DNA of 58,954 bases, counting the filler, from Bipalium vagum (taxonomy: Eukaryota), in NCBI GenBank assembly GCA_037834085.1. It is 3 parts of 3 records of this genome, joined end to end, with 100 filler letters (N's around TTAATTAATTAA, not from the genome) between each part and the next. Parts side by side here need not be neighbours in the genome. Positions count along the whole stretch, not along the records: positions 1 to 15,684 come from JBBMKC010151800.1; positions 15,785 to 41,010 come from JBBMKC010196052.1; 1 more part is not named here. The stretch is one strand, 5' to 3'. Below are positions 11,851 through 26,700 of the stretch, piece after piece. The translations under genes and the position numbers were made by a program. Within the stretch, counting starts at the first letter, position 1. The number at the start of each line of letters is the position of its first letter. The notes beneath the pieces are model-generated. The model searched no databases. It was not told where the DNA came from and worked only from the letters and a program-made list of their open reading frames with translations.

Positions 11851-12770
11851 TGGTAATTACAATAATTATACTGTATATTACATATAACATTAAATTAACG
11901 GAACCTCAAAATCGACCCTTATGTTCAACATATTAGGTAGAATATCTTTAAAAAACTAAACATAATCATTTATCAATTGTTTTAATTATTTCTATATTTT
12001 CATTCTTTTGTTATACACTATAAGTAATATTAATAAAATTGGTAAATCTCAGGATTTGAAAAATCAATAAAGGTGAATAAATATTTTTTTATTACTTATG
12101 TCATGAAATAATCAATGATCATGCTTGGACTCAGATATCATTGATTACTAATGGTGAGACTGCGAAGTAACCATGCAGGTGGATCTGCTAGGCCTAGACC
12201 AAGTTGGTTTAAGTCAGAAATTTAGTTAATTTAATATATCTTAAGATTTGTTCTAATTTTATCGATTAATAAATTTTCAATGATCATTTAAATATCCTTG
12301 TTATTAATTGTTATAAATACAGATCTATTCTTTTGTGATCAATTAAATTATGTTATCGATTTATTGTGTTATTAAGTTCATAATTTTATTGACATTAGAC
12401 AATAGCTTTGATGTAAAGGCTTTATTGTGCAATCGAATAGTGTTTTTGTTTAAAATGCTTTTAGAGGACTCCCCTGAATAGGAACACAACACAATTCAGT
12501 CGAATTCTTGTTAATAAATTAAACATTGACATATACACCTAAGCAAAACAGAATTCATAATTTATAGCAAATGTATAAATTTCTAAATTGACGATAAGTT
12601 TCATGTGAAACTCAAAGCACAAATAATTATCACTATATTATGAATTTTCATATAAAAGAATAAAAAATAAAAAACTGAAAAGTCCAGATTTCCAATCACT
12701 TAATATATTTAAGTGTACATACAAATATTTAGGTTAAAAACAACTAAAAATTGTAAAAAATAAATTGTCA

Positions 12771-12799
12771 TAATAATAATAATAATAATAATAATAATA
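12771..12799. repeat. (AAT)n microsatellite
   Basis: Seen directly. Confidence 0.9.
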
Positions 12800-13085
12800 G
12801 GAATAATGTATTTTATTTCCTTAAAAACAAAATTATTGATAAAACAATAGGCTCACAATTAAATATAGTCTATTTCACTTTGTTATCATTATTGGCTGCT
12901 TCGTCTTCAGATAAAGACATTTCGCTGTCACTGCGACTATCTTTGTGTATCTAGATAAGATAGGGAAATTGTTGATAGCTCAATCAATAAGTCAATGAGT
13001 AAATGATGCATTCAAAACAAAACAAGATGATTTATTTTATTTATTAATTATACATTTTTATTTAAAGTAATGAAGAAAGGTATTA

Positions 13086-13880
13086 TATTGGGTCGGGAGA
13101 AAGCTTATTCGTATTTATGAAAGGTTTAATTTATGTATTAAAAAAGTTACAAATATGAATTTACAAAATTTGTGAAGGTTGACAGATTTTTAATGTTTAT
13201 ACATTTCTTAAGAACTAATGACAAAAAGGAAAGAGGAAATTCGATATCTTTTAAAATTTTATTACAATAAAGATAAGAATAATAATAAATCTGCAAGAAA
13301 ATTTTTTAAAGTTTATGGAGCTGATGTGGTACCAATTCGAGTAGCACGTTTTAAATCCGAAAAATTAATTATCAAAGATCAATCTCATTCTCACCAGCCG
13401 TTCATTGAAGATATTGAAGACATTTACAAAAATAAAAATAGATCAATATGGGCAATTACAATCGATAAGAAATTAAAAATGGATCACAAATCTGTTTAAA
13501 GGAATTCAAAAAATGATGGATTAAGAATGGACCTTGATGTTCGGATCTCATTTTACTTAAAACCAAAAAGTCGAATAAATAAATTACCACAGGTTACTTA
13601 TGTCAATAAAGTTCAAACTAGATAATGATCCATACTAAGAGAAGCTTTCCAAACAGTAACAAAACAGGAATTAATATAAAAAAATGGTAAGTCTGGTTTG
13701 TTCGGAAAGGAGCCATTTTAATGAACTCTGATGTACCATAAAACAATTGAATCTGGTCTGTATTTTGATCAATTTACAAGGTTAAAACAAACCACTGAAA
13801 AAGTTCAGAATTAATAGAACCGGAAGACCAAGTAAGATTACGTACAAGATTGAAAGAGTTTGATTGGGATAAATTAAGGA
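13086..13880 (+). mobile_element. mariner relic
   Basis: TATTGGGTCGGGAGAAAG TIR-like start; EEIRYLLKFYY...VYGADVV..RFKS HTH. Confidence 0.75.
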
Positions 13881-14189
13881 AAACTTTTTACCACACAAAA
13901 TATAAATTTTGTCACTTAATTGAAAAAATTTTAAAAAGAACTTCAGCTTTAATCCATTTAAATTTATAAATTGACAATTTATATATTAATATAAACCAAT
14001 TATTGTGATTATCTACACAACGCATGGTTTTATCTGAAATCGCAAACCATTTTAGGTTCGTTCTCCAGTTCTAAAGATATAACGTGGATTAGCAAAATTC
14101 AGTTCTATTTGAAAAAGGCAGAAATCATATACTCCAGGTTCCTGGTTTTATAGATACACTGTTTTCACCTCTATTTTGACAATGTAAAA

Positions 14190-14720
14190 TTATATTTTGA
14201 CAATCTTCACTTTTAATAGCCCCTGGCCAATTATTTAAAGGTTTCATTAAAGATTCTTTCTGTTCGTACAAATTCCTTCCGTTTTGAAAATACATTTTCA
14301 ATGGGGTTTTAAAAAGGTTAGTATGGAGGTAAAAATAATAAACTGAAACCGTTTCCTCTATGAATTTCCTTATTCTTGTAATTTTATGGAAATGAACATT
14401 GTTCATTATTAAAACCTATTTCGTATAAATATTTTTTAAAGTAAAGCTATTAGATTTTCTATATATTCAAAAAGGACGGGTTTGAGCTGTATAATACAAA
14501 ATAAAGATTCCATATTCACTGTACAGCAATCAGATATGTTTCTTGATCTTATGCTTCTTGTAAAAATTGGATAACCTGAATGTTTTTTTTTCTTTAAGAG
14601 ATCGATCTCTCTGACCTCTCATGCTTACATTAAAGCCAACTTCGCCAATAAAAAATACGTTACTTTCAGAAACTCGAGAAGGAAGTTTAATAAATTCCTG
14701 TGCATTGCAAAATCTTGATT
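14190..14720 (-). mobile_element. Tc1/IS630-type transposase relic
   Basis: VFFIGEVGFNVSMR; IMNNVHFHK; NPIEN-like segment. Same family as 33960-34850. Confidence 0.75.
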
Positions 14721-14899
14721 GTACAGTTGCCACCAAAAGTTTAGCATATTCACAAAATTTATGTTGTTTGGATGTTTTAATGTCATAGTTATGAAATACT
14801 ATCTGTATATAAATGTTTTATTGATTTTATAGATAGATAATTATTTATATTATATTTTTAGATAAATAAACTTACAAGATAACTATTTTAGATATTTTA

Positions 14900-15684
14900 A
14901 AAATGCCCAAAAAACGAACTTTCAACTGAAATCAGAGCCCAAATGTAGCATACGCAGAGTGTGGATTGAGGCAAGCTTATATTGCACGATGCCTTAAAAT
15001 AAACCAATCGGTTGCATCAAGGACGTTGAAAAATTATTGAGATCGTGGAAATTTTTCAACGGCTATTCGAAGTGGAAGGCAAACAGTGACATCACAACGT
15101 ACAGACAGATTGATACATCAAATTTCATGTATTCATCCAATGTGATCCGCAAAGGAAATTACAGAAGAATTACCTAGTTCCCTATCGATTCGTACTGTCC
15201 AGCGTCGCCTCCACACTCCATTCGGGCTCAAAGCATACAAACCAGCAAAAAAGCCACTTTTGTATCAGAATAACATCAAGGATCGCATAGCATTTTGTCG
15301 AAATTTATACATTGGACAGCTGAAATGTGGCGAAAGGTACTGTTTTCAGATGATAGTCAATTTTGTCAATTCAAAAATTACATAAGATATGTTCGTCGAC
15401 ATAGGAATACACGTTACACCTTATCAACTGTGCGGCACACACTCTCTGTCATGGTCTGGGGATGTTTTTCCGGAAATGGAACAGGAAATTTATACTGCCT
15501 GCCAAAAAAACATGACGATGAACGCTAACAGTTATCCACAAGTTCTTCAGCACCATCTTCTGCGATCAATGCAACGCCTTGGATGTAGTCTTTTTCAACA
15601 CGATGGCGCTCCATGTCATAAAGCAAAGGTAGTGTCAAATTGGCTGGCAAGTGAAGATATTGAGGTACTCCCTTGGCCAGCACA
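14900..15684 (+). mobile_element. Tc1 transposase, frameshifted, cut by assembly gap
   Basis: RSGRQ, WRKVLFSDDSQF, VMVWGCFSG, FQHDGAPCHKAK, VLPWPA. Confidence 0.9.
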
Positions 15685-15784
15685 NNNNNNNNNNNNNNNN
15701 NNNNNNNNNNNNNNNNNNNNNNNNNNNNTTAATTAATTAANNNNNNNNNNNNNNNNNNNNNNNNNNNNNNNNNNNNNNNNNNNN
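15685..15784. other. Assembly spacer: 44 N + TTAATTAATTAA + 44 N
   Basis: Identical construction at 41011-41110; the 12-mer stops all six frames. Confidence 0.97.
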
Positions 15785-16495
15785 TTTGATAATATGTAAG
15801 GCATATCTAAAAATAAAATATAATTTTAAACAAGTACATTTATTTATTGTCATTATTTATGTATTTAAACAACATAAGTTTATATATAAAGCAAGATTTA
15901 ATAAATCCGCAATAAAGTTATTCGATCAAATAAATTTATTTTCAATAAAACTTTACACCTTCTATTTATGAACTTTTTATTTGAACACCCGGTAAATACC
16001 GAACAACTTTTGGAGAGGAGTGACATCTTGGGATAATTTCATTGGGATTATGTTAACTTATTAAAGCCAGTAAAAGAGTACATAAATTTCAAAGATCATT
16101 TTTCCTAAAAAAATAATTTTTGCGTTGTTTTCAAACCTACTACTTTATTGCACACCCTTTGTGTATCATGTAATATATTTTATTGATGTGCTGTAAGATA
16201 TATATAATTCGATACCAATAAACTGTAAGTGATCACAAAGTAATAAAACATTGAATGTAGTCTGTTTTGAACTTTGAAATTATTTAATCAAATCAAATTT
16301 ATTGTTCAAGTTTAAAGGATAAAAAATAATGAAATATCTGATAGTAATAATAATTTACCATAAAAATATGATATTTCCTTTTGAACAAGTTCTTCAAACA
16401 AATTAGATTATTTTGAAATAATTAAAGATGAATTTCAACACAGCACTATTTTCTGGGAGCCTGTGTAATTTTATGAGGTTTATATAAATTTATTA

Positions 16496-17704
16496 TGGTA
16501 TCCCATAAAAGTGGCCGTTTTTGATATTAAGGCTAAATAACTGGTTTTAATAAGGATTAATAAACTATTGATTTATCCTAAAAAATTTAAATAGTTTGGT
16601 TAATAGAGCAGTGAGATTAACTTAATAGATATTTGTTTAAATATTCATTTTAGTGCTCAATTAAAATGACTACAAATTGTGAAATTTATGTAGTTCTTCT
16701 ACATTATTAGAAAAGACAGTTGTCAACCGCTAAATCAACCCGGTTATCAGTAGAAGACGAATTGCCGGATGCGCTCAATGAGAGGACAACAAGGCGTTTT
16801 TTTCGAAATTAAATTTAAGTGACATCTGCCTTCAAAGTGTACAGGGTTATAGAAGACCCTCTATCGTCAAAGATGATAATATACTGGATTGTGTAAATTC
16901 AGATCCATATAAATCAACTTATGAATTATCAGCTCGAATAGGCCATTTAAAATCTACAATTTATCTGCACCTTCGATGTCTTGACAAAAAACACGGAGCT
17001 CCTCGAATGAACTCAGATCAGTTAACAGATTTGCAAGTTGATATACGCTTTCAATTTTTTAAAATTTATTGGATAACCTATTAGACAAACGGTTTTTGAA
17101 AGGTGGAATATGAATAATCCATACAAAAGTGACAATAGTTATCAATAATCGAACCACTTGGTGGCAGACTTATAGCGGATAGATTTGAAAAGAAATTCAT
17201 ATTTTCCATTTCCTGGAATTATAACTGAATTTTATTCTTTGAAATTCTTCCAGATAGTCAAAGTATTAATTCAGATATCTGCACAATCGAATGGACTTCA
17301 CAAGATTCTCAACAAAATACATGCTGCTTTAATAAACCGAAAGAGTTCTATTACAAGCGGACAACATAAAACCGCAAAAAATCAAGAGACACTTTACAAA
17401 ATATTGAGGGAATTGAAGTATTACCACATTCTCAATACTCCCACGATGTTGCAGCACCCGACTTCCACTTGTTTCGTGCCATGGTACATTTCATACGGGG
17501 TAAGCGCTCTAAGATAAAGGAAGACCTAGAAAAGAGCTTGTCAGTGTTTTTTTAACTATAACTCCGAAATGATATGAAAGGGGGATTTACAATATTGCAG
17601 AACGTTTAGCTCCTATGAATTGTATTTTCGTAATTTTATGATGCAAAATAAAAATTTTGTATTCATATTTTTGAATTAAAGTGGTCATTTTTTATGGAAC
17701 GCCA
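16496..17704 (+). mobile_element. Near full-length degenerate mariner with imperfect TIRs
   Basis: TGGTATCCCATAAAAGTGGCCG / GTGGTCATTTTTTATGGAACGCCA; YSHDVAAPDFHLF resembles YSPDLAPSDFHLF. Confidence 0.8.
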
Positions 17705-17784
17705 CAACGTATTATTATTAGAATTATTTTATCAAATATTCTGAAAAAATTAATAACTTATAGATAAGTATAAAATGAACCAAC

Positions 17785-20700
17785 CAATGATGCTTTCGAT
17801 TTTTTAAGGAAAACTTAGAAATACAAGAAACACACAGTTCACCATCCAACCAGTTTGGCTCATTATCAAGGGAATCTGAATGCAAAATTAAATGAAAATG
17901 ATAAGCGGACTATCTTTCATACCGAGTAATTTCAATAGCAATGTTTCTGATATATTATCACAATTGAACAATGTTAATTCGTCATTATTAATACAGCCTA
18001 ATGATGCTCCTTTCATTAGCAATGAAACACCGAGCCTGATGTGTCCGTTTTGAGCGCACAAAAATAATGCTTAACGATTAAAATAAAAATATATTATTTG
18101 TTCTTAAAAATAAATCAATGGTTTTAAAAGGTGCGACTTTCACTTTTTTCTTTAAAATAGTTTTCTCGATAGTTCTTAATTATTGAAATAAATTTAACTT
18201 TCCTGTATTGAAAATCATTCTAAATGGTCCATGTTGGAAAGAGTTTTCAAATAACAATAGCAGATGAAACCAATTTCAAAAAAATTATTAATATGATGAG
18301 GATATTTATTTCTAATATGAATGTGGTCCACCATAAAATATATAAGATAAAAAAAATAATAACACACTATAGAACCTATAGTATAGATTTCCATAAAGTG
18401 GAACATTGATTGAAACATAAAAATATTTTAAAATACATGGCAGCTCAGTAATCTTTCAAAATTTCGTGAGGCTATAAATTGTTACACGTACTAGCTTAAA
18501 TAAAATGATATTTTAACTCAAAATGAAATCTGTCTCAGAAAGTTTTAAGAGAATTTTATTTTAATTTAATTCTACTTAGTCAGAATATTTATTAATTTAA
18601 ATGGGTTGTTTAACTATTTAAAATAAATTTAACAACTATATATAACACTATATAAAATGGTTAAACGAAATGACAAGTGCGATCCTTGTAACCATATCTT
18701 TGGAATATATTGACTATTTCATATTACTCTCTATGTCTCTTACCAATGCAGATAATGCTCAAAAATTCATAATTAAAACTGTGAGTATTTGAACATATTT
18801 TTGAATATTTAAATTTTTATAAAGTGTCCTTTTTAAAATTCGATATTCGAATATTCATTATTTTATTGTATTAGTTAACTTTAAAATATCTTTTTAAAAA
18901 ATTAACAAAAGAGACTTTATTTAAATTAATTAATTTACGGAAATTTGTTTAAGTATTTTTATTGATTATTGGAATAATAAAATTTTTGAAACTATGTGTG
19001 GCTTCATTGAAATAGCTGCTAACAAAAACAAATCATATGTTCATGAATTAAAAAACAAAAATTTGGATTTCGCTAATTTTGCGCTGAATATAAACACAAG
19101 TACCTGTTTTGTTCTGTATGCCTTAGAAATGTGATAATTAAGAAATATGTATTACGGGTTTCAAAACTTAAAAAATAAAAAAAAACAATATTATATTAAT
19201 AAGTGCGAATCACTTGAATATCACTCAGTTTAATGAATATTTATTTTTGAGTTGAATAAAACTTTATTAATCACTATTTTTAAACGTTTCCGCAGATCCA
19301 AACTTCATATTTCTGAAGTTTTCTAAAAAATTCTTGAACTTCAGGAATAATTGACAAAGTTTTGTATTGCAATATTGTTTTTTGAAATTCGCTTTTTCAA
19401 TTTTCGTCATTTGAGTTTATAATTACATTGAACTCAGTAAGCCTTGTTTAAACTTGGTATTTTTAATTTTACAGGTACCAAATACAGTGCACCACAAATT
19501 AATTGCCACACTTACAAAAATGACATTATCTTTTATCCAAAGATTTCAAAATTTTCAAAATATTTACACAATGTAGCCATTAGTGTCTTAATGAAAATTT
19601 TAAAAAATATTGAAAAATTCTTAATATAACCAACTATATTAAGCAAAGAATAAAAATATCAAGAAAAAAACGAAACAAATTAATTGCCGCAATTTCCAAA
19701 AAATCGCTTTTTATTCACAAAAATGTACCAATACGATTCTAATAGTTTATCGAGCTGCCTTGAGCATAAATAATCACATAAATTCTATTTTACATTGAAG
19801 TTACCAAATTTTCCAGCATGTATTGATCAATGTCTTCCCAACAGCCAACAACTGCCGATCGTAGCTCATCAATGAATTGAATTGCTTTCCACCAGCATAT
19901 ACCTCCGAACCAGCACTTCCCATAAGTTTTCTATGGGATTTAGATCCGGTGAGTACGGCGGCCAGTTCATAACTTCAATATTTTTGCCTTTTAGCCATTC
20001 CATAGTTGAACGGGATACATGGCACCTGCAATTATCTTGCTGAAAGACAGGGGTGAATCCGCCAAAATCTTTTATAAAAGGTAGTAGATTGTCTTTCAGA
20101 AGTCTCTGATACCCCAATTGATTTAGATTGCCGGAAACAGTCTTCAGACTCGACCTGCCACTGAAATTGAAACAGGCCCAAATCATTGAAGATCCTCTGC
20201 CTGAGTGTCTTTTGGAAAATTGCATGTTTTCTTTTCTCAAATCATGTCAATAGTATACATGACCATCAGGTCCGTCTAAATTAAATTTCTTTTCGTTACT
20301 CCAGATAACCTGCTTCCATTCGTCGCCCATTGCAAACGCTTCAATTTGTGTTCAACTTTCAGTGGTGGTTTCACCATCATTTTTTGGTATTTTAAGACAT
20401 GGGATTTGTTGATAACACGGCGGATAGTCTCCTTGCTTACGTTTAAATTAAGTTCATATTTAATTGTCCAGTTTGAAATCGATTTATTGCTGGCTTTGCA
20501 AATAATAAATCGTTTCGTTTTGGGCGAAATCTTGTCTTTGGGCCAGGTTTACGAGTTTAACTGTCTTCATTTTTCAAAAAATATTTTATGGAGCTTTCAT
20601 TTCTGTTTAACTTATTTCCGATCCATCTGTTTGATTTTCTGGCTTCGTGGTAGGCCTTAATCATCCCTTTCTCAATGTCGAACATTTTGCTTAAGTTTGG

Positions 20701-23700
20701 CATGATAATAATTTAATAAACAGTTTAAATTATAATTTTTATAATTATTAATTCTCACTTATTATATATTGTAAAAATTTTAAGTATAAAATTAAAATTG
20801 ATAAAGAAAATCCAAATTCAATTTAGTGCGGCAATTAATTATGGTCAACAAAAATTTTGAATTATGTAAACAAATTAAATTTAGTTAAATTACAACTTAA
20901 GTTAAATCATACAATGCTGTTCTTATATTTTGTACTTGCATAAATTTTATGAAAATTTAATTACAGTTTAAAAATAATCAAGATTTCTTGATTTTACAAG
21001 GTGCGGCAATTAATATGTGGCGCACTGTATAAAGAGTTCCATTCCATACATAAATTAATTAGAATTTTATTTTATTTTCAATAATTAATCAACTTAAATG
21101 GATTAAATAGAAAATCAAGTACCAGTGTTTCCCATAGCATCTTTTTCGTCCACTGGAAAATCTGGATAATCATTCATTATTAGAGAGAATATTGCCACAG
21201 CATTTTCTTTGGCATTATTTGCTAATATATGCAAAATATTTTCTCCTCTGCACAAAATTTATATATAATAAAAGCGATTTCTAACATATTTTATAATTGA
21301 TAAAAAGTATAGTTAAGACGAAAATTTTTAAGTATTAATGGCAAATAAGACAAAACAAAGATATTAATTATTTAAAGTTAGTGTCTTCATTATTAGTTAA
21401 ATCCATTTGAATCTCATATAAATATCATGAAACCGGTTCCAAACAGCAAACTCCGTATTAAGGTTATAAGGAGATTTGTCAGAACATGGACATTTCTAAT
21501 TTCAAAGTCATAATTTATATAATATTATAATAAATTTTATAATTAAATCAAATCCATTAATTAAGAAAAGAATCGTAAAAATCATGATTCCATAAAGAAT
21601 TTTCACGAAAATACCGATTCGCGGAAAACAGAAAAATAAGTAATAAAAATTATGAAATTCAAAGTTTTTGCTATTAATCAATTGATAAATTATAATTTCT
21701 AAAAGAAACAAAAGCGTGTGTAAATTTTCTTCGCGTTGCTTTTTCGACAGAAATATGATCCATATTTGAATAGAATTTTTCAGTTGTGAGGAAAAATGAA
21801 TCAGATATAACAATCGAAAACGTTCAGCACAGAGGTCGGACAAAGATGAACTACCGAATCAATAAAATTCAAAAATTGTAAGATATATGAAAAAAATTTA
21901 ATGTTTCACAAAAATATTAGAGCTCACTTAAAAGTTATTAAACAAAAGCTGATTAAAATAAGAATTTAATAAATTTTCAAAAATCCTAATTTTTCTATTC
22001 AAATAAACTATGAAATCTTTAAAAATTATGCCTTTAATTACCGGGTACCATGATCCAGATTTTTCATATACTGTTACTTAATACAAGATTCAATTATACA
22101 TGCTCTGGCACTGAGGCAATGAGATTATGTTTAAGATTCCCTTGGTTTGGGGGAATTCGGCTTATAAAAAATTTCATATTATTTATTTAATTCTCACTTT
22201 TCCTCATTTCCTTTAATCGTATAATGGGTAAGTCATGTTATGTAAGTAATTATAGTATTCTTAAGACTTCTATTTATTTTGTGATAAGAAATTTTACTCT
22301 GAGTGAGAATGACTTTAGATATTGGGTTCTTCCCAAAAAAATCGTTTTATATATGATAAAACTCCACATTTTTTTAATAATGTATTTCATTACACTTCAA
22401 ATTGGTCGTTTTGTTTCAACACAATCTTTCATTTTTCTGGTAGAAACATGATTACGCGTACATAAAAGTTCTCATTTTTATCTTAGAAAAATTGATCCAA
22501 GTTAGTTTTTTGACATTCACATTAGAATTGACGTCCGATTAAAATGATTTTGTAAAGACTGGAAGTAATAGTAGCCAAATTTATATGAGGCCTTGATGGA
22601 ATATCATACCCTTTCTGCTAATCAATTCTGGGTTTTTCTGTTTGATGTTGGAATTAAATTTTTCCAGTTGACTGCACTATTCTTTCGAATTTAATTTTAC
22701 TGTTAATAATAATAAATCTCACGAAAAATAAAGCATCATTTTTATATGATCATCGAATTTGAAAGTGGTATGATCCGGTTCACATTTTCTACAAAATGAT
22801 TTCTTGGGATTCAAATAGTTGTAAGCTATCCATATTTCGTCCTTAATTATAAGACTCTTAAAATCACCTTTAATACGCAAATAGCAGATGTCAATTCTAC
22901 GGAATAGAGAATTTTCATTAAGAGTGCGGGGTTTCCAAATATCGAGCTTTGAAAAATATGAAAAAAAATGAATTAGGCAATTTTAATTCGTGTCGTCACA
23001 TTGTGTTGCTTCAAGCAATTCTATTCTCATTATTAGACTTAGCTCATCTTCCGGAACGTTCCAAGCCTTGAAGATCAAAACTTTTTGACCCAGTTTTGCA
23101 TCGATGTATTGTAAGCATATCTTTCATACACGATACACAATTTATTTTTTGCTTTTATTGGATTTTATTCTTTTCGTTAATAAAACAATAATCTGATATG
23201 AGATTTGTTAACATTCATTTCAAATCTGCAACATAAAAAGTTATTTAAATATAAACAAAACTTTAAAAATCAACTTAAATATTAACTAATAAATAGGATA
23301 TTGAAATTATAACTTATTATAAATTATGATTTAGACTTAGAAGGAAATATCTTATTAAAAAAAACCAAATTAATTTCCGAACAATCTTAATTTTGTTTTA
23401 CACTGAAAATCTCATATAAACTCGATTTGACATCTTTCAATTTGAACTTAGTGTCAAAAAAAATGTTTAAAAGAAAATTAAAGAAAAATAAGAACAACGC
23501 AACTTTTTCTAAATAAATTTATAGTTTCCCATAAGTCACAAAAACTTTAATTCAAACTGAAGAGTATTTCCATATCATAATAAATATATTTTAAAATAAA
23601 ATAAATATCTACTTCAAATTTTTATTTCTGATAACTGATGCAGAACTAATTAATAGAGATTCTATGATATCCCTGTTACCACCTCGTATGGCCACATGAA

Positions 23701-26700
23701 GAGCTAAAAATTAAGTAAAATATTTTTTACAAAATATTATTATAAGAAACAGTATAAGAAAAATATCTTTATGTATAATAACAATTTCAAATTAATTTAA
23801 ACAATTTTTGATTTTAATCTGTTAAATATTAATAAATTTCTATTTAAAAAACATTAATAATAATGTCAATAATAATAATAATAATAATGAAAGTAATACT
23901 AAGTTTTGACCAGCAAAAACTTTATTCTTTTTTGCTAGAAATCGGAAATTTCAAACAAAGTTAATATTTAATTGTTTATATCAAAATTTATTTATAAATG
24001 GGAATTATTTAATTATTGATTTAATTAAAATTCTATATTTTAGTATTTAAGAATATATTTAATTTAAAATGAAAAAATAAATTAATTGTACTTTATTTTG
24101 CACATGTATTATGTTTTTATTTTATTTATATTAATTTAAATTTTATATTGCTTATTAAAAGTTTTATATTTTTATAAATTCAATAAAAAAAGAACTGGTC
24201 AATATATATTAATAATAATATTTATAATCTGATCAAATTATGATCATTTGTTAATCAATCGAAATTTAACATTACGAGTTTCAAACTGATGATCTTGGTG
24301 AGTTGTCGAAGCTCCATTTTCAATTAGGAAACCAATGAGATAACTTCTTTCATAAATAACACATAAATGAAGAAGATTTTGTTTTTCAATGGTTTCCTGT
24401 TCTATTCGAGCTCCTGCTAGAATCTGTTTTCAATAGCTCACAAAGGAAAATGATTTCCGATAAAACCCTACCAGACTTCTTACCATATCTTCCGGAGCAC
24501 CGGAAATGATAGCCAAGTGCAGCGGTGTATATTTGTAAGCATCTTTCACACGAACATTTAGATTAGCACAAACTTGTATAAGAAAAAACACAGCTTCTCT
24601 ATTCATTGTTTGAACCGCAACATGAAGAAAATTTCTGCCCAAGTTGTCAGTCTGTTATGTAATTTGTATAAAGTAATCTAAAAGCATATAAATCTCACTT
24701 CATCAGCTGCTTGAGGATGATACTTAAGAATAGCTCTGGCACTTTTTTGACTGGACATTTGCATTGCAATATGAAAAGGCGTATGTCCCTGCTTATCTCG
24801 TATGGATAAATTCATTTTAAATTTCGGATTCAGTAAATACGACAAAATGGCTTCTTGGTGAAACTGGATTGCTATATGAAGAACAGTGTGGCCATTGATG
24901 TTTTGAGAATCTACTTCAATATCATCTCTGGACAACAGATTTCTCACCACCGATTCAAGACCTAACTGACAAGCCATATGTAATGGATTGTTGCCATCAG
25001 TATATTTATGTACAGATTCTTTTGGAACATTCTCAATGTTGCTGTTTTCTCTTGGCGAATTAATGTCACAATCACTATAAATAATTTCACAAAATGAAAA
25101 ATTTCCTTTCAAATTTTATAATATAACTGAGCTATTAGGAAATTGGCGGCGTTTTCTAATTTCGATAAAATTGCACGATGCAAAAGTGTTTGCTCATAAC
25201 GATCTCGGTAGTCGGTTATCCACATATCTATATCAGCACCTGCCTCGGTCTGAATTTGATAGAAAACGAGATCAATGTCAAATAATAACTCGTATATAAT
25301 TTCAGCATATTGTATCTTGGTTCTGGATCAATAATCTCTGAAGATGCTCTGCTTTGTTGAATGAAAATGATCATGAAGTGAAAGAAGAAAATGATTTGAT
25401 TCTTGTGCAGATTCTTTTTAAAGAATCTTCGATAGAAAATTGAAGTAATATTTTTTTAGAAAGAACAATTATTTTTAAAACTCAATAAACTTACCAAAAT
25501 CTCAGCAATATCAAACCTATTGTTAATGATAGCTACCCACAGTGGACAACTTGGATCAGTGGTTTTTTCCAAACTGTTATCAGTATATATAATGTTTGAA
25601 TCAGCTCCTGCAAGGCACAGAATCTTTATAATTTCTAGGTTGAATTTTTCACAGGCTAATTGTAAAGGGGTCGCTCCGCTTGGGGTTCTATGCAGTAAAT
25701 AAATGTAATATTTAAATGACTACATGAAAATTATAACATTTACATTTTTATAAATAGATTAAGAACATTAAAATTTAACTTTAAATTTCATTTTCCAATC
25801 ATTTTAATAATTAATTCAAATATTAAATATTAAATACTTCTAAATTATATCCACTAAATATATCAGTTAATAAGTCTTTTAAATGTAATTTACGGAAATT
25901 GTGGAAAAATGGATAATTAATGTTTACAAAAGTTATACAAAGAGTAAGGCAATTAAAAGAGTATCATATAAACAGATAATAACTGGGATATTAGAAACAT
26001 GGAGTAGCAATACAATACGTACTATAAAAATGGACTAAGAAAAATAGGCATTGATAAATAAAAAACAATGCAGGTCTTTGAAAATCGTTTTGATGACAAT
26101 CGACCAAATGAAATGATGGCCGGTCACTCCAAAGAAACACCTCTTTCTTTGGTTAATATACTGTTGAGTAATAAAGTATTGCTAGTTTTGTGACATTTTT
26201 TTATTTTGTTAAAAGTGATGTAAGTCTAAAACGGTTCGACCGATTTCTGTTAAATTTTGTCACCCTTCCTATTATAACATGAGTAACTGAATAAAGTTAA
26301 AAAATTAAGAGGGAAAAGAAAAAAAAATTTGTTACAGGTGTGTAATGAAGTGACATTTCTTCAAGTGATTCCAAATATTCTATTGATATAGATATTTTCT
26401 TAGCAGATGTGTGTGTGATGCAAAAGAAGAGATACAAAAAAACTTGTCGATTTCATGAAAAAGCATTTTATAGAATTACAAGATGATTGTTATTAAATTA
26501 TTTGTTTAAAACTGAACGTAAGTTTTATTATTTTTTATACTAATAAATTAAAGTTTTTCTATTAATAAGTCTGTATTTTATTTTCTTAACACCCGCGGTT
26601 TTTAACGCGAAAACTTAGAGAAATCTAACATTTATATTTTAAACAAAATATCAAAATATTCTCTAATATAAATGAATCGTTTAAAAACCATGTTTTAAAC

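Noticed and set aside
15729-15740. TTAATTAATTAA palindrome as a biological site
   Set aside because: Centred in N runs and repeated identically at 41055-41066; an assembly linker.
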